From positions 62,001 to 126,000 of IMG/VR virus record IMGVR_UViG_3300022921_000002: a stretch of DNA of 64,000 nt. One strand, given 5' to 3'. Position 1 is the first letter of the stretch, and each line of letters opens with the position of its first letter. The notes below the pieces were generated by a model, which was not told the origin of the DNA, ran no database searches, and worked only from the letters and a program-made list of their open reading frames with translations. This document shows positions 43,881-53,280 of this stretch, piece after piece. The position numbers were made by a program, and so were the translations under genes.

Positions 43881-43909
43881 ACTATATCAAACTTTATTTA
43901 CTTTGTCAA
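43881..43909 (-). promoter_or_regulatory. Sigma70 promoter TTGACA-17-TATAGT for the ACP gene
   Basis: Consensus boxes immediately upstream of 43872. Confidence 0.65.
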
Positions 43910-43921
43910 CAACTTTTGCCT

Positions 43922-43929
43922 TATAAATA
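43922..43929 (+). promoter_or_regulatory. Late promoter TATAAATA heading the curli operon
   Basis: Exact match 21 nt upstream of 43950. Confidence 0.8.
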
Positions 43930-43949
43930 ACCGTAGAGGAGTATTAATT

Positions 43950-44228
43950 ATGGATTTTTTAACGCTTGTTGGTGATGTAGGTTTCCCTATTGCTGGTGCC
44001 CTAGCTGCCGGTGTATTTGTATTTATCACACTTAAGTTTATCCTTGCAAGCGTTACTGACACTGTAAATTCCCTCAAAAATATTATGACGGGTTTGGACA
44101 ACCGAGTTCAGACTATGAATAACGATTTAGTGAAAATTGATGCCCTTTTAAGTTATGCTCTAAATGTTAAACCAAACATTGACCGCATAGCTGCAAATGA
44201 AGGCAAGGATGATGCAAGGAGAGATTAA
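43950..44228 (+). CDS. Small membrane protein (paralogue of 44588..44968)
   Basis: GDVGFPIAGA...LDNRVQTMNNDL. Confidence 0.7.
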   Translation: MDFLTLVGDVGFPIAGALAAGVFVFITLKFILASVTDTVNSLKNIMTGLDNRVQTMNNDLVKIDALLSYALNVKPNIDRIAANEGKDDARRD

Positions 44229-44398
44229 TGCTTTGGAAAGATTTACTATTAATGAAATTTAAAAATGGTTTTCGCATTCTCAATAACGACGATGATAAAT
44301 TTTTTGTTATTGACGACGTGAAACTAAATATCGGTGACATTTATCGAGTTGGCCCAAACGGTTACTTCGAGTTAATTGAAGAAGGACCGCCGCTATGA
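44228..44398 (+). CDS. Small hypothetical protein (56 aa)
   Basis: Manual translation; TAATG and ATGA coupling on both sides; resembles 44395..44586. Confidence 0.6.
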   Translation: MLWKDLLLMKFKNGFRILNNDDDKFFVIDDVKLNIGDIYRVGPNGYFELIEEGPPL

Positions 44399-44586
44399 TG
44401 TGGATGGAATATGCGATTAATCAAGCTGGAAAAAACTTTGAAATAAAAGGTGACTGGCCCGGAGAGGTTATGGGAAAACTAAAAGACGGTACGGATAAAG
44501 AATATTATCTATACAAACCAGGCGATAAGTTTATAGTTAATGAAGATGGTTGGTTGATGCATCACGGAAACATTAACGAGGAATAA
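44395..44586 (+). CDS. Small hypothetical protein
   Basis: YKPGDKFIVNEDGWL, compared with LNIGDIYRVGPNGYF in the preceding ORF. Confidence 0.6.
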   Translation: MMWMEYAINQAGKNFEIKGDWPGEVMGKLKDGTDKEYYLYKPGDKFIVNEDGWLMHHGNINEE

Positions 44587-44587
44587 T

Positions 44588-44968
44588 ATGGAATTTGACA
44601 TTGCAGGAGCCATAAGTGAATATGGATTTCCTATAGTTGCGGCTTTTGGAATGGGCTATTTTATATTTTTTATATGGAAATGGGTTACGGAAGTAATTGA
44701 TCCGGTCCTAGGTGAAGCGATGTTTACTTTGATTAAATTAGTAGATCGTGTACGTATGCTTGATAATGATATGATTAGACTTAATAGCAAGTTATCTATG
44801 GTACTTGAATATAGGTCAAAACTAAATCCTAAGCGACAAGATGAGTTGCATAGGTTGGTTGCCGAATATCAGGCAGGTAGTAAAGCGTTTAATTCAACTG
44901 GGGTTGTAGATGAAGAAAATATTAACAATAGTGGCGGTGATGATGCCGGCACAGGTAATAGCAAGTGA
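44588..44968 (+). CDS. Small membrane protein (paralogue of 43950..44228)
   Basis: SEYGFPIVAA...LVDRVRMLDNDM. Confidence 0.7.
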   Translation: MEFDIAGAISEYGFPIVAAFGMGYFIFFIWKWVTEVIDPVLGEAMFTLIKLVDRVRMLDNDMIRLNSKLSMVLEYRSKLNPKRQDELHRLVAEYQAGSKAFNSTGVVDEENINNSGGDDAGTGNSK

Positions 44969-45371
44969 ATTAGTTTGGGGATTTAAATCTCCCGCTTTTC
45001 ATTATGGTAATGGATATTCAACTCACGTTTTGTCGGTTGAACAACTTTCTCACAACAGAAAACAAGATTATAAAGACGAGCAACAACGTATTGCCGATGA
45101 ACTTGAGCGAGAAGCAGAAAATACTACTTTAGCCAAATTCCTTCGCAACGTAGAGTCAAGAATTTACGCTACGTTATCCAAACAAATGGTTGATGCTATG
45201 TTTGCCGATTGTGGCGACAGTTGTTCCAACAGCGGTTCAACTGACCTTGAAGATAATACGATTGCTTGGTTAAGAGACCCGGTAACAGGTTCTATCACAT
45301 TAACGATTACCGAAGCAGATGGTAGTACTACTGAAATCACAATACCAGGTGCTGGGGAGTTTAATTTCTAA
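44910..45371 (+). CDS. csgF: Curli assembly protein CsgF-like
   Basis: Signal peptide then ELVWGFKSPAF...EQ (CsgF N-terminus); directly upstream of csgG. Confidence 0.75.
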   Translation: MKKILTIVAVMMPAQVIASELVWGFKSPAFHYGNGYSTHVLSVEQLSHNRKQDYKDEQQRIADELEREAENTTLAKFLRNVESRIYATLSKQMVDAMFADCGDSCSNSGSTDLEDNTIAWLRDPVTGSITLTITEADGSTTEITIPGAGEFNF

Positions 45372-46184
45372 ATGAGATTTTTACCCTTCATACTAATATT
45401 CTTTTTAAGTGCCTGCGCAACACCCGGAAGTTTGAAAGTTTTAGGTGACCTTGATAAATCTCCAACATTATCAGGAAGTCCTATTGATGATAGATTACTC
45501 GCCGTTCCTGAACTGTCAGGTCCAAAGATTACAATTGCAGTTTATGAATTTGCCGATAAGACAGGTCAAAGAAAGACGAGTTCCAACTCATCATTATCAA
45601 GTGCCGTAACTCAAGGTGCTGAGGTTTGGGTAATTAAAGCATTACAAGATGTGGGCAATCAAACATGGTTTGAGGTAGTTGAAAGAGTTGGCATTGATAA
45701 TCTAATTAAAGAAAGACAGCTTATTCGCCAAACGCGTGAAGTATATGAAAAAGAAAAAGAAAAAGGCCCGACACCTTTACAGCCAATGTTATTTGCCGGC
45801 TTATTACTTGAAGGTGGTGTTGTAGGTTATGACTCCGATACCGCGGCCGGTGGAGTAGGTGCAAGATTCCTAGGAGTCGGAGCCTCAACAGAATATAGAG
45901 TTGATACAGTAACAGTTGTTATGAGACTTGTGAGTGTTAATTCAGGAAAGGTGTTAATGAGTATCGCAACTGAGAAATCAATTGCAAGTTACAGATCTTC
46001 AACCGATGTATTTAAATTTATTGATTTAGGACAAGAAAATATTGAGGTTGAAAATGGGTATTCCGTAAATGAACCTGTGAACTATGCAGTAAGGGCTGCA
46101 ATAGAACAGGGTGTGATAGAATTGGTTAAAGACGGGGTCGATAAGGGATTATGGTCGTATAAAATAAAAGAGATAAGAGGATAG
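45372..46184 (+). CDS. csgG: Curli secretion channel CsgG
   Basis: Lipobox FLSAC, IAVYEFADKTGQRK, AVTQGA, WFEVVER, EGGVVGYD, EPVNYAVRAAIE. Confidence 0.93.
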   Translation: MRFLPFILIFFLSACATPGSLKVLGDLDKSPTLSGSPIDDRLLAVPELSGPKITIAVYEFADKTGQRKTSSNSSLSSAVTQGAEVWVIKALQDVGNQTWFEVVERVGIDNLIKERQLIRQTREVYEKEKEKGPTPLQPMLFAGLLLEGGVVGYDSDTAAGGVGARFLGVGASTEYRVDTVTVVMRLVSVNSGKVLMSIATEKSIASYRSSTDVFKFIDLGQENIEVENGYSVNEPVNYAVRAAIEQGVIELVKDGVDKGLWSYKIKEIRG

Positions 46185-46186
46185 AA

Positions 46187-46924
46187 ATGAAGCATTTCAT
46201 ATTTTTGATTATGATGATGTTTGGTTCTGCAGCCTATGCCAACGATATCTACATTACACAAAGCGGTGACAATTTAGATTTAGACATAACACAAGATGGG
46301 CAAGATAACGAATTCGGTGATAGTACCACTGATGCAACTTTGACGGGTGATACAATGACTTTTAATATCACCCAAACAGGTGATTTTAACAAGATTGACG
46401 TTATCATTGATGGTAACAACTACACAGGTACTTGGGCATTTACAGGTGACGATAACACTGTTGATATGACTTGTGATTCCGCATCAGGTTTGAATTGTGA
46501 AACAGTTCAGGTTGATGTTACTGTTATAGGTGATGATTCTGACTTTAAGATTTACATTGGTGAAACAGCAGATGCCGATAGTTTAGTTGCTGACTTTACT
46601 GTTACAGGTGATGGTAACGCATTTTATCTTGATGCTGATGGCACAAATCAGAATTTTGATGTTAATGTTAATTCAAGCGCAACATTACTTACAGCAGGTA
46701 CAGATCGTACACATTTAACTTACGATGTTAATGCTGATAGTGCCGGTAACTTGATTGCTATTGACAGCACAGGAGATGGTGATGTTAATGGGCATGAAGT
46801 AGATCTTACAGTTACTGGTGGCGGCGGAGATTTTATTATTGTTCAAAGCGGTATTTACGATAATCTCGTAAACGCAACTTTCAGTGGAGATTCAGCAAAT
46901 GTTCAAATTACACAATCTGATTAA
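46187..46924 (+). CDS. Curlin-repeat-like secreted protein
   Basis: Signal peptide; NDIYITQSGDNLDLDITQDGQDN and repeated xQ/TxGDxN units; very acidic. Confidence 0.7.
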   Translation: MKHFIFLIMMMFGSAAYANDIYITQSGDNLDLDITQDGQDNEFGDSTTDATLTGDTMTFNITQTGDFNKIDVIIDGNNYTGTWAFTGDDNTVDMTCDSASGLNCETVQVDVTVIGDDSDFKIYIGETADADSLVADFTVTGDGNAFYLDADGTNQNFDVNVNSSATLLTAGTDRTHLTYDVNADSAGNLIAIDSTGDGDVNGHEVDLTVTGGGGDFIIVQSGIYDNLVNATFSGDSANVQITQSD

Positions 46925-48069
46925 TGAAATTTCATACTATTGGCTTCATTGCCATTCTGCTGATACCGAGCTTATGCTTTGGCGCTGTAGATGAAGATGC
47001 GGGGGCAATCGGTGAATTTTCAGGATCAGGAGTCATTGAGCGTGGGAGAGATGTTATTGATGGTGGCCAAGGTGTTGGGGTGCAACCCATGGATACCGCC
47101 GTCACAGCAAAAGGCCGAATGCGAATCGACTTTATTGATGATACGAGAGTCGATATTACCGAACACGCAAGGTTAGTAATTGATGATTTCGTTTATGACC
47201 CAAATGCTGGGACTGGTAAGCTGGGATTACGTGCGACATTGGGAACAGTACGCTATGCGTCTGGAGCAATTGCAAAGAACAGCAGAAGAAACGTCAGCAT
47301 CAAAACACCGTCAGCAACGATAGGTGTACGTGGTACTGATTTCGTTATGGTGGTTGATGAAATAGGTGGCACGATGGTGACATTATTACCATCGTGTTCC
47401 ATCGACTCCCTCGGAAAAACCAATTGCGTGACCGGTGAAATTTCAGTTGAGTCTGACACCGGGTTTGTTATTATGAATAAAGCATTTCAGGCAACAATAG
47501 TAAAAAGCAGATGGACAAAACCAACTAAGCCATTATTATTGGCGCTTAATGAAAGTGACATAACAAACCTTTTGATTTTAAGAAAGAAAAAACCTTTATT
47601 TGAAGAAGATGGGCAACCATTAGAACAAATGACGGATTTCCTAGATATAGATTTCTTAAATTTTGACGGTTTGGATGTTGATATTTTATCCGATAGTATT
47701 AAAGACATATGGTTAACAGAGTTTGATTTAAGAGATAGTGATTATTATCTCGGTGAACTACTACACGACATGGTTGAACAATTAAACATTGCTTTAATGC
47801 GAAGACTTATGGGTGAATTAGATGCACAGAATGCCGAGTTCTTTAATTTCAGAGAAGAAGGTTATGATCCTGTAACAAGAATTACTTTAAACAGAGAAGA
47901 TCCTAGTTGGATTTTTGAAAGAGACGATAGTGGTTATTATCACCACCTAAGAATATATGTGGAGCAGCAATATGGATATACGATTAATATCCAACAACAG
48001 GACGAGTATGTTTGGGATTACCGTCTTGGCGTTGGTAATAATAATATTGACATCATCCAAATCAAATAG
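46924..48069 (+). CDS. FecR-domain protein
   Basis: Signal/TM segment, DDTRVDITEHARLVID, GTVRYASG, IKTPSATIGVRGTDF. Confidence 0.88.
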   Translation: MKFHTIGFIAILLIPSLCFGAVDEDAGAIGEFSGSGVIERGRDVIDGGQGVGVQPMDTAVTAKGRMRIDFIDDTRVDITEHARLVIDDFVYDPNAGTGKLGLRATLGTVRYASGAIAKNSRRNVSIKTPSATIGVRGTDFVMVVDEIGGTMVTLLPSCSIDSLGKTNCVTGEISVESDTGFVIMNKAFQATIVKSRWTKPTKPLLLALNESDITNLLILRKKKPLFEEDGQPLEQMTDFLDIDFLNFDGLDVDILSDSIKDIWLTEFDLRDSDYYLGELLHDMVEQLNIALMRRLMGELDAQNAEFFNFREEGYDPVTRITLNREDPSWIFERDDSGYYHHLRIYVEQQYGYTINIQQQDEYVWDYRLGVGNNNIDIIQIK

Positions 48070-48850
48070 TGGACCAAATGAAGTTTATATGTATCAAACA
48101 GGTGACGACTTTACGTTAACTATCACCCAAGATGGCAGTCAGAATTATATAACTGGTGTAAGTGGACAGACTAAAGGTATTGAAGGTGACAACAATACGG
48201 TTGATATGGTACAAATAGGACAGTATCATGGTATCGCAGGAATGTTAGATGGTGATAACAATAACATAGATTTTTATCAAGGTGGCGGTGGTGACAGCGG
48301 AATGATTACTGCAATGGTAACAGGTAATAATAATGACCTGGTGGTGTGGCAAGGTAAGCATCCTGATGGTACAACTGACTTGTCAGAAGGCGGTGACCAC
48401 ACTGCAACGGTTACCATTACTGGTGATTATAATGATATTAAGGCCGGACAAACTGATCAAGGACAAATTAATCAAACTTATGGTAGGCATGAATTAACCG
48501 CAGAAATTACCGGTGATAGCAATGATGTTGGAATGACACAAAAAGGAAATCAAAAGCATACATTGGACCTTGATATTTCTGGTGATGGTAATGATGTTAC
48601 AACTTATCAGCATGGTAATGGCGGACAAAAAACTGCAACCATTGAAGTTTCTGGCAACTATAACGTAATTGATGTAAACCAACGTGGAACAAATTCAGCG
48701 TCAGCAACCATTTCAGTAGAAAGCATATATGGTCCTGCCTATAATGTAACACTTAGCCAACAAACCGACACTTCTGCTAAATCATTTTCTTTAAGTGGTG
48801 TATGTAATGATCCAAATGGATGTGTCGTAAGTGTCGAGCAACACAACTAG
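47957..48850 (+). CDS. Second curlin-repeat-like secreted protein
   Basis: More than eight Q-x-G-x-x-N / GDxN repeats; true start probably 47975 or 48008. Confidence 0.7.
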   Translation: MWSSNMDIRLISNNRTSMFGITVLALVIIILTSSKSNSGPNEVYMYQTGDDFTLTITQDGSQNYITGVSGQTKGIEGDNNTVDMVQIGQYHGIAGMLDGDNNNIDFYQGGGGDSGMITAMVTGNNNDLVVWQGKHPDGTTDLSEGGDHTATVTITGDYNDIKAGQTDQGQINQTYGRHELTAEITGDSNDVGMTQKGNQKHTLDLDISGDGNDVTTYQHGNGGQKTATIEVSGNYNVIDVNQRGTNSASATISVESIYGPAYNVTLSQQTDTSAKSFSLSGVCNDPNGCVVSVEQHN

Positions 48851-48858
48851 GAGAAGTA

Positions 48859-48969
48859 ATGGATACAGTCGTCGCGTTTTTCATAGCAGGATTTTTTACA
48901 GCATTCGGTTGGTGGGCAGCAAACAAAATAACAACCCAAATTGATACACATATTGAGCAGGCTGAGTAA
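48859..48969 (+). CDS. 36-aa membrane peptide
   Basis: MDTVVAFFIAGFFTAFGWWAANKI...; SD AGGAG; TAATG coupling. Confidence 0.55.
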   Translation: MDTVVAFFIAGFFTAFGWWAANKITTQIDTHIEQAE

Positions 48970-49331
48970 TGGATTTAATTTTAAGTTTGGCTTTGTCAAC
49001 ACATTTGGGTCTTTCTCAAGATTATAATGAAATTCATCCTCATATAAGATTAACTAATGATAAATATATCGCAGGCGCATATTATAACAGCGTCGAAAAA
49101 TTGAGTGTATACTCAGGAATAAAATATAGTTATGGTGATATTGCAATAGAAGGAGGTGTGGCTACAGGCTATAGGCCACATCCAATAGCTCCTTATGGTA
49201 GGGTAACCTACGATTACGTGGATAATATAAGATTATTTGGGACTACGGCATTTGAATCCGACGGCTCTGCAGCTCGAGGAGGAATTGTATTAGGAATAGA
49301 ATTTATACTAAATCCACGGGAGAAGCAATGA
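48969..49331 (+). CDS. Small outer-membrane beta-barrel-like protein (PagP-like pattern)
   Basis: YNE.HP, AYYNS...S.Y.G, GVATGY...P motifs; alternating beta strands. Confidence 0.45.
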   Translation: MDLILSLALSTHLGLSQDYNEIHPHIRLTNDKYIAGAYYNSVEKLSVYSGIKYSYGDIAIEGGVATGYRPHPIAPYGRVTYDYVDNIRLFGTTAFESDGSAARGGIVLGIEFILNPREKQ

Positions 49332-51322
49332 AACATTTACTATTAACAACTGCATTAGTCATACCAAGCTGGGCTATTGCTGATACTTCGAGTTTACAAA
49401 CATCATCTCACGGTTTACTTGAGAACCAATGGGTTAAAGCTGGCATTAATAAAGACTCAGGCACATTTGGCTCTGGCGGAAGTACATCACCGGGCCTGTT
49501 ATTTGATCCTGAAGGTTCGGGTACATTTAATTCTAGTTATGATTATCTGACGCCTGGCTCGCCGTTTGACGGACAAGCACTAAAGGTAGATGGCACAAAT
49601 AAAGCAAATAATAATACAGGCTCAAAAACTATCGTTGACTCTGACGGTTTAACAGACGGCACAGACAGCATGACTTGGAGTGGTGATGTTGATGTTGATG
49701 GCGGTACATGGAATGTTGAAAATACATTTACATTAGAAGATAATAAACCATACATTGATGTTGAAACAAAAATTACCGCAGGTTCTGATGCTGATACTGT
49801 AGCATATGGTAAATTTATTGACCCAGACTCACAAGGTATGCCGGGAGATAGTTCATCAACAGATAACGTACTTGGGTATTCAGGTGTTCCTGATACAAAC
49901 ATTGCCTTTTCAGAAGCAACTGTTTCAAAGTATGCATTAGGTGTTTATTCAACGGATACAAACACTACTGCAGGCGTCAATGGTTGGTCATCAGAAGCAG
50001 ATGGATATAACGGAACAAGTTATACAGATGCCGAAGGCAATGCTGTCAATTACGGCAATTCAGATGATACTATTGGTATTAGTTGGTCTTGGACTGGTGT
50101 ATCAACAGGCGACATTCTTACAGCAAAATATGCTTATATCTTCGGCCCATCAGCGTTTGATGCACTTGATGATGCAGTAGATGGTGGAGCAGGCGGTGGT
50201 ACTCCTGGTGAATTACCTACAGGGTGGTCACTTGATGATGTTGGATCAGCAACAGATGCTGCCGAAAGCGGCGGAGCACCAACAGTTGTAAGTACCGCAA
50301 CCGAAACTATTACTTCAACATCAGAAGCAATAAGCACAACACTACCTGTTTTAACTGGTGCAATCACAACGCATGACTCATCTACAGCTGACGGTGTTCA
50401 AACTATTGACCGTGAAACTACTACGACTGTAACAACACCGATGGATGTAACAACCACAAGCTTTGTTAGAACTACTGATACTATGAGTGACGGCAGCGAA
50501 GTTGTTACAGACGGTACTCCAACATCAACTACAGTTGTTCGTAATGATGCTGTTGTAACTGTAACTGATCCAGGTTCATTCGTTGGACGTATGGATCAAG
50601 CATCGCAATTAATCGGATTAAATACTCATCGCAATTTAAATATAGCTGATGGCGTATCAGTAGGTCGCATTAACCATTCGATGGGTGATAACTACGAAGC
50701 AACATCAACGGTGGTTGGTCTTGGTCACACACTTGTAACCGACGATGCGTTAAGACTAAGCCTAGGTATTAATAGAATTGATACTGAAATGTCAGAAGGC
50801 GGCGATGGTGAAATAATAACAAACGCTGTGTCTGCTGAATTAGGAAAGGCAATAGAAGATAAAGACATTACCGTCGTAGGACGAGTAAACATGGCTAAAT
50901 CTGATATTGAATATTCAAGAACAATCGGTACTTTTTCTGCGGCAGGTGAAACATCAGCTTCTGACGTTTCTGCTGGGCTAACAATTGAAAAATCAACTGG
51001 TTCTGTTAGACCTTTCGGTGGATTAACTATCGGAAAATCAAGCACTGATGGATGGACTGAAACCGGAGATGTTCAAGCTGTTTTAACTCATGATGAAGCA
51101 GACGCTACATACAGATATGGTACAATAGGTTTCAATATTGATGAAGGACCAATTACCGCTACATTTAGTAAAAACATTGGCGACAATGATGCCACTAATA
51201 TAAGAATTGGTTTTGAACAAGAAATAAATGAATATGCTATTGTCGGTGTAGATTATAATAGAACTTTGGATGAAGATAATTCAAGCAATTATTTCTCAGC
51301 AGGTATCAAGATACGGTTTTAA
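49328..51322 (+). CDS. Autotransporter-like outer-membrane protein
   Basis: Signal peptide, acidic passenger, Thr-rich linker, C-terminal amphipathic strands ending SAGIKIRF. Confidence 0.65.
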   Translation: MKHLLLTTALVIPSWAIADTSSLQTSSHGLLENQWVKAGINKDSGTFGSGGSTSPGLLFDPEGSGTFNSSYDYLTPGSPFDGQALKVDGTNKANNNTGSKTIVDSDGLTDGTDSMTWSGDVDVDGGTWNVENTFTLEDNKPYIDVETKITAGSDADTVAYGKFIDPDSQGMPGDSSSTDNVLGYSGVPDTNIAFSEATVSKYALGVYSTDTNTTAGVNGWSSEADGYNGTSYTDAEGNAVNYGNSDDTIGISWSWTGVSTGDILTAKYAYIFGPSAFDALDDAVDGGAGGGTPGELPTGWSLDDVGSATDAAESGGAPTVVSTATETITSTSEAISTTLPVLTGAITTHDSSTADGVQTIDRETTTTVTTPMDVTTTSFVRTTDTMSDGSEVVTDGTPTSTTVVRNDAVVTVTDPGSFVGRMDQASQLIGLNTHRNLNIADGVSVGRINHSMGDNYEATSTVVGLGHTLVTDDALRLSLGINRIDTEMSEGGDGEIITNAVSAELGKAIEDKDITVVGRVNMAKSDIEYSRTIGTFSAAGETSASDVSAGLTIEKSTGSVRPFGGLTIGKSSTDGWTETGDVQAVLTHDEADATYRYGTIGFNIDEGPITATFSKNIGDNDATNIRIGFEQEINEYAIVGVDYNRTLDEDNSSNYFSAGIKIRF

Positions 51323-51758
51323 ATCTCGGTAACACCACACCGCATTGTTCCATAATCTTATAGAGTGTAAGTAATGCTTCGCACTCAAATTCATGGTAGG
51401 TTTTTTGATTTAAAACAATTGTATCTAATTCAGGAATGTCCATAGGGGCTATTACAATCTTATGAGGTAATAGCCCGCCGACATTAACAAGTCCTTCGAC
51501 AATAGGAGAGTTTGCTCTTGTTGTAATACCGATGATACAGTCAGCAAAAGTTCCGTATTCATATATCCATCTTTTATGCCAACCCTCATCACCACCCAAG
51601 GCGGTTAGGTGAATAGCATCAGGTGCAAAGCAATGTTTGCCAAGATGCCTTGTCATATCAGATGCAGCGTGTTGAGCAATAGCAAGGTTTCCGCCATTGC
51701 CTACAATAGCAATCTTTGGTGAATGAGATATTTTTTTAATAAGATTAAGATCTATCAA
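51306..51758 (-). CDS. SIS-domain phosphosugar isomerase (GmhA-like)
   Basis: IAIVGNGGNLAIAQHAASD, TALGGD, TYHEFE. Confidence 0.75.
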   Translation of the reverse strand: MIDLNLIKKISHSPKIAIVGNGGNLAIAQHAASDMTRHLGKHCFAPDAIHLTALGGDEGWHKRWIYEYGTFADCIIGITTRANSPIVEGLVNVGGLLPHKIVIAPMDIPELDTIVLNQKTYHEFECEALLTLYKIMEQCGVVLPRFKTVS

Positions 51759-52434
51759 GGTATTCCTCCACTAATTTTATATCGTCTGGTACATCAACCG
51801 CAGGTGTACGTTCATTAATCATATATGGTATAACATCAACCATTCCTATGAATGCTAATGTGTCTAGTCCTTTATGTGCATATACTAATTCTTGATCATA
51901 TTCTGGAAAATGCATAATTGTACCAAGATCATATGCATATAAGCCATTAATACCAACAAGATTAGGACTATCAATTAATTCACGGTCAGGTGTTCGTGTT
52001 AAGTAAACAATTTTCCCATTGCTGATAACAGCCTTAACTACGTTTACATTACTTCTTTCTTCATCGGTTAATGGATAACAACACTGAACCATTTCAGCAT
52101 TTGTTTCAAACATTTTACGAATGATTCCAGATATCATTTCAGGTGTAACACACGGTTCATCACTTTGTAAATTCACAATATAATCAGCATCAGTTTGAAT
52201 AACCGCCTCAGCAACTCGTGAAGTACAAGTGTTGTGAATCTTTTTTGTTTTAATAAGATTAGGCGCCCATATGCTGTCGTATTCGTCAGCAGCTACATAT
52301 ACTTTATTAATATCTGCGCAAGCGTTCGCGTTATCAATACAATGATTAAGAACAGATTTACCGTTTACTTCGGCAAATATTTTGCTTGGGAAACGAGTTG
52401 ATCCTGTTCTTGCTGGTATAATACAATCAATCAT
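51745..52434 (-). CDS. kdsB: CMP-Kdo synthetase KdsB-like cytidylyltransferase
   Basis: IIPARTGSTRFPSK, HNTCTSRV, IVNLQSDEP, VKAV, GLYAY, VDVPDDI. Confidence 0.8.
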   Translation of the reverse strand: MIDCIIPARTGSTRFPSKIFAEVNGKSVLNHCIDNANACADINKVYVAADEYDSIWAPNLIKTKKIHNTCTSRVAEAVIQTDADYIVNLQSDEPCVTPEMISGIIRKMFETNAEMVQCCYPLTDEERSNVNVVKAVISNGKIVYLTRTPDRELIDSPNLVGINGLYAYDLGTIMHFPEYDQELVYAHKGLDTLAFIGMVDVIPYMINERTPAVDVPDDIKLVEEYLDRS

Positions 52435-53269
52435 TTAATATATTCCTTATTTCCTCGGGTTTCAAATATGATATAGTTGAATACTCGATAGGTGCGGATA
52501 CAGCTTCATTTCTGAATTGTAATATTTTGTTTGGGCTGATACCCATAAATCCCCACGTGTCGGGTAAGTTATCATAATAGTGAGTATATTTGGTTGTCGG
52601 TGTTCCCGTCATTCCTGCGGTGTAATAAGTACCGCCGTCATAACTAAAATGGTGTGTGGTTGATAACAATATATCATAGATTTCTTCCATTGTCAAGGAG
52701 TAATGAATAAATTTTACACCATACCCAAACTCGTGAGCAATTTTAGTTATGTTCGGTAATATTGTTTTTTCTTTTTCCATTAATCCGCCGATCCGTCGCT
52801 TTGACATTAACGGTTCAGATTTATGAATTGAAACGAATTTACCTTTCTTATTCCATTGTTTTTTAAACGGCCATAATTGATTTACCGTCCAAGGTGTTGC
52901 AACTGTCTGCTTTTGTTCGTACCGATATATGCTTACAATCATACCATTCTTAGGAGGTAGCATATTATTAAGAAACCATTTCATAACATCATATGAGGTT
53001 TCGGCATTACTAGGTTTACGTTTAAATGGATTGATAAATTGTTCAGGCCACATAATAGAAACACGATATGGGCCTTGTGCATAGTCTTCATCTGACATTA
53101 ATTGTGCTTTAAAGAAAACATCACTTAATAAACACATAATAGTGCAGTGAGCATGGGCTGTATCAGCACAAAAACGTACTATGTGGGATGATGTTGGCAG
53201 TGAAATGCTTTTATTATTTTCACAACCTATATAAATAGTTTCAATTAGATTTGCCATGATATAATCCAT
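52427..53269 (-). CDS. Possible GT9 (heptosyltransferase)-like glycosyltransferase
   Basis: LTMEEIYDILLSTTHHFSYDGGTYYTAGMTGTPT resembles the GT9 D-S-G-x-x-H-x-A...P motif. Confidence 0.5.
   Translation of the reverse strand: MDYIMANLIETIYIGCENNKSISLPTSSHIVRFCADTAHAHCTIMCLLSDVFFKAQLMSDEDYAQGPYRVSIMWPEQFINPFKRKPSNAETSYDVMKWFLNNMLPPKNGMIVSIYRYEQKQTVATPWTVNQLWPFKKQWNKKGKFVSIHKSEPLMSKRRIGGLMEKEKTILPNITKIAHEFGYGVKFIHYSLTMEEIYDILLSTTHHFSYDGGTYYTAGMTGTPTTKYTHYYDNLPDTWGFMGISPNKILQFRNEAVSAPIEYSTISYLKPEEIRNILND
53230..53237 (+). promoter_or_regulatory. Late promoter TATAAATA (Cys-rich peptide/cyclase/lipase operon)
   Basis: Exact match inside the 5' end of the opposite-strand gene. Confidence 0.65.
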
Positions 53270-53280
53270 TAATAAAATAA

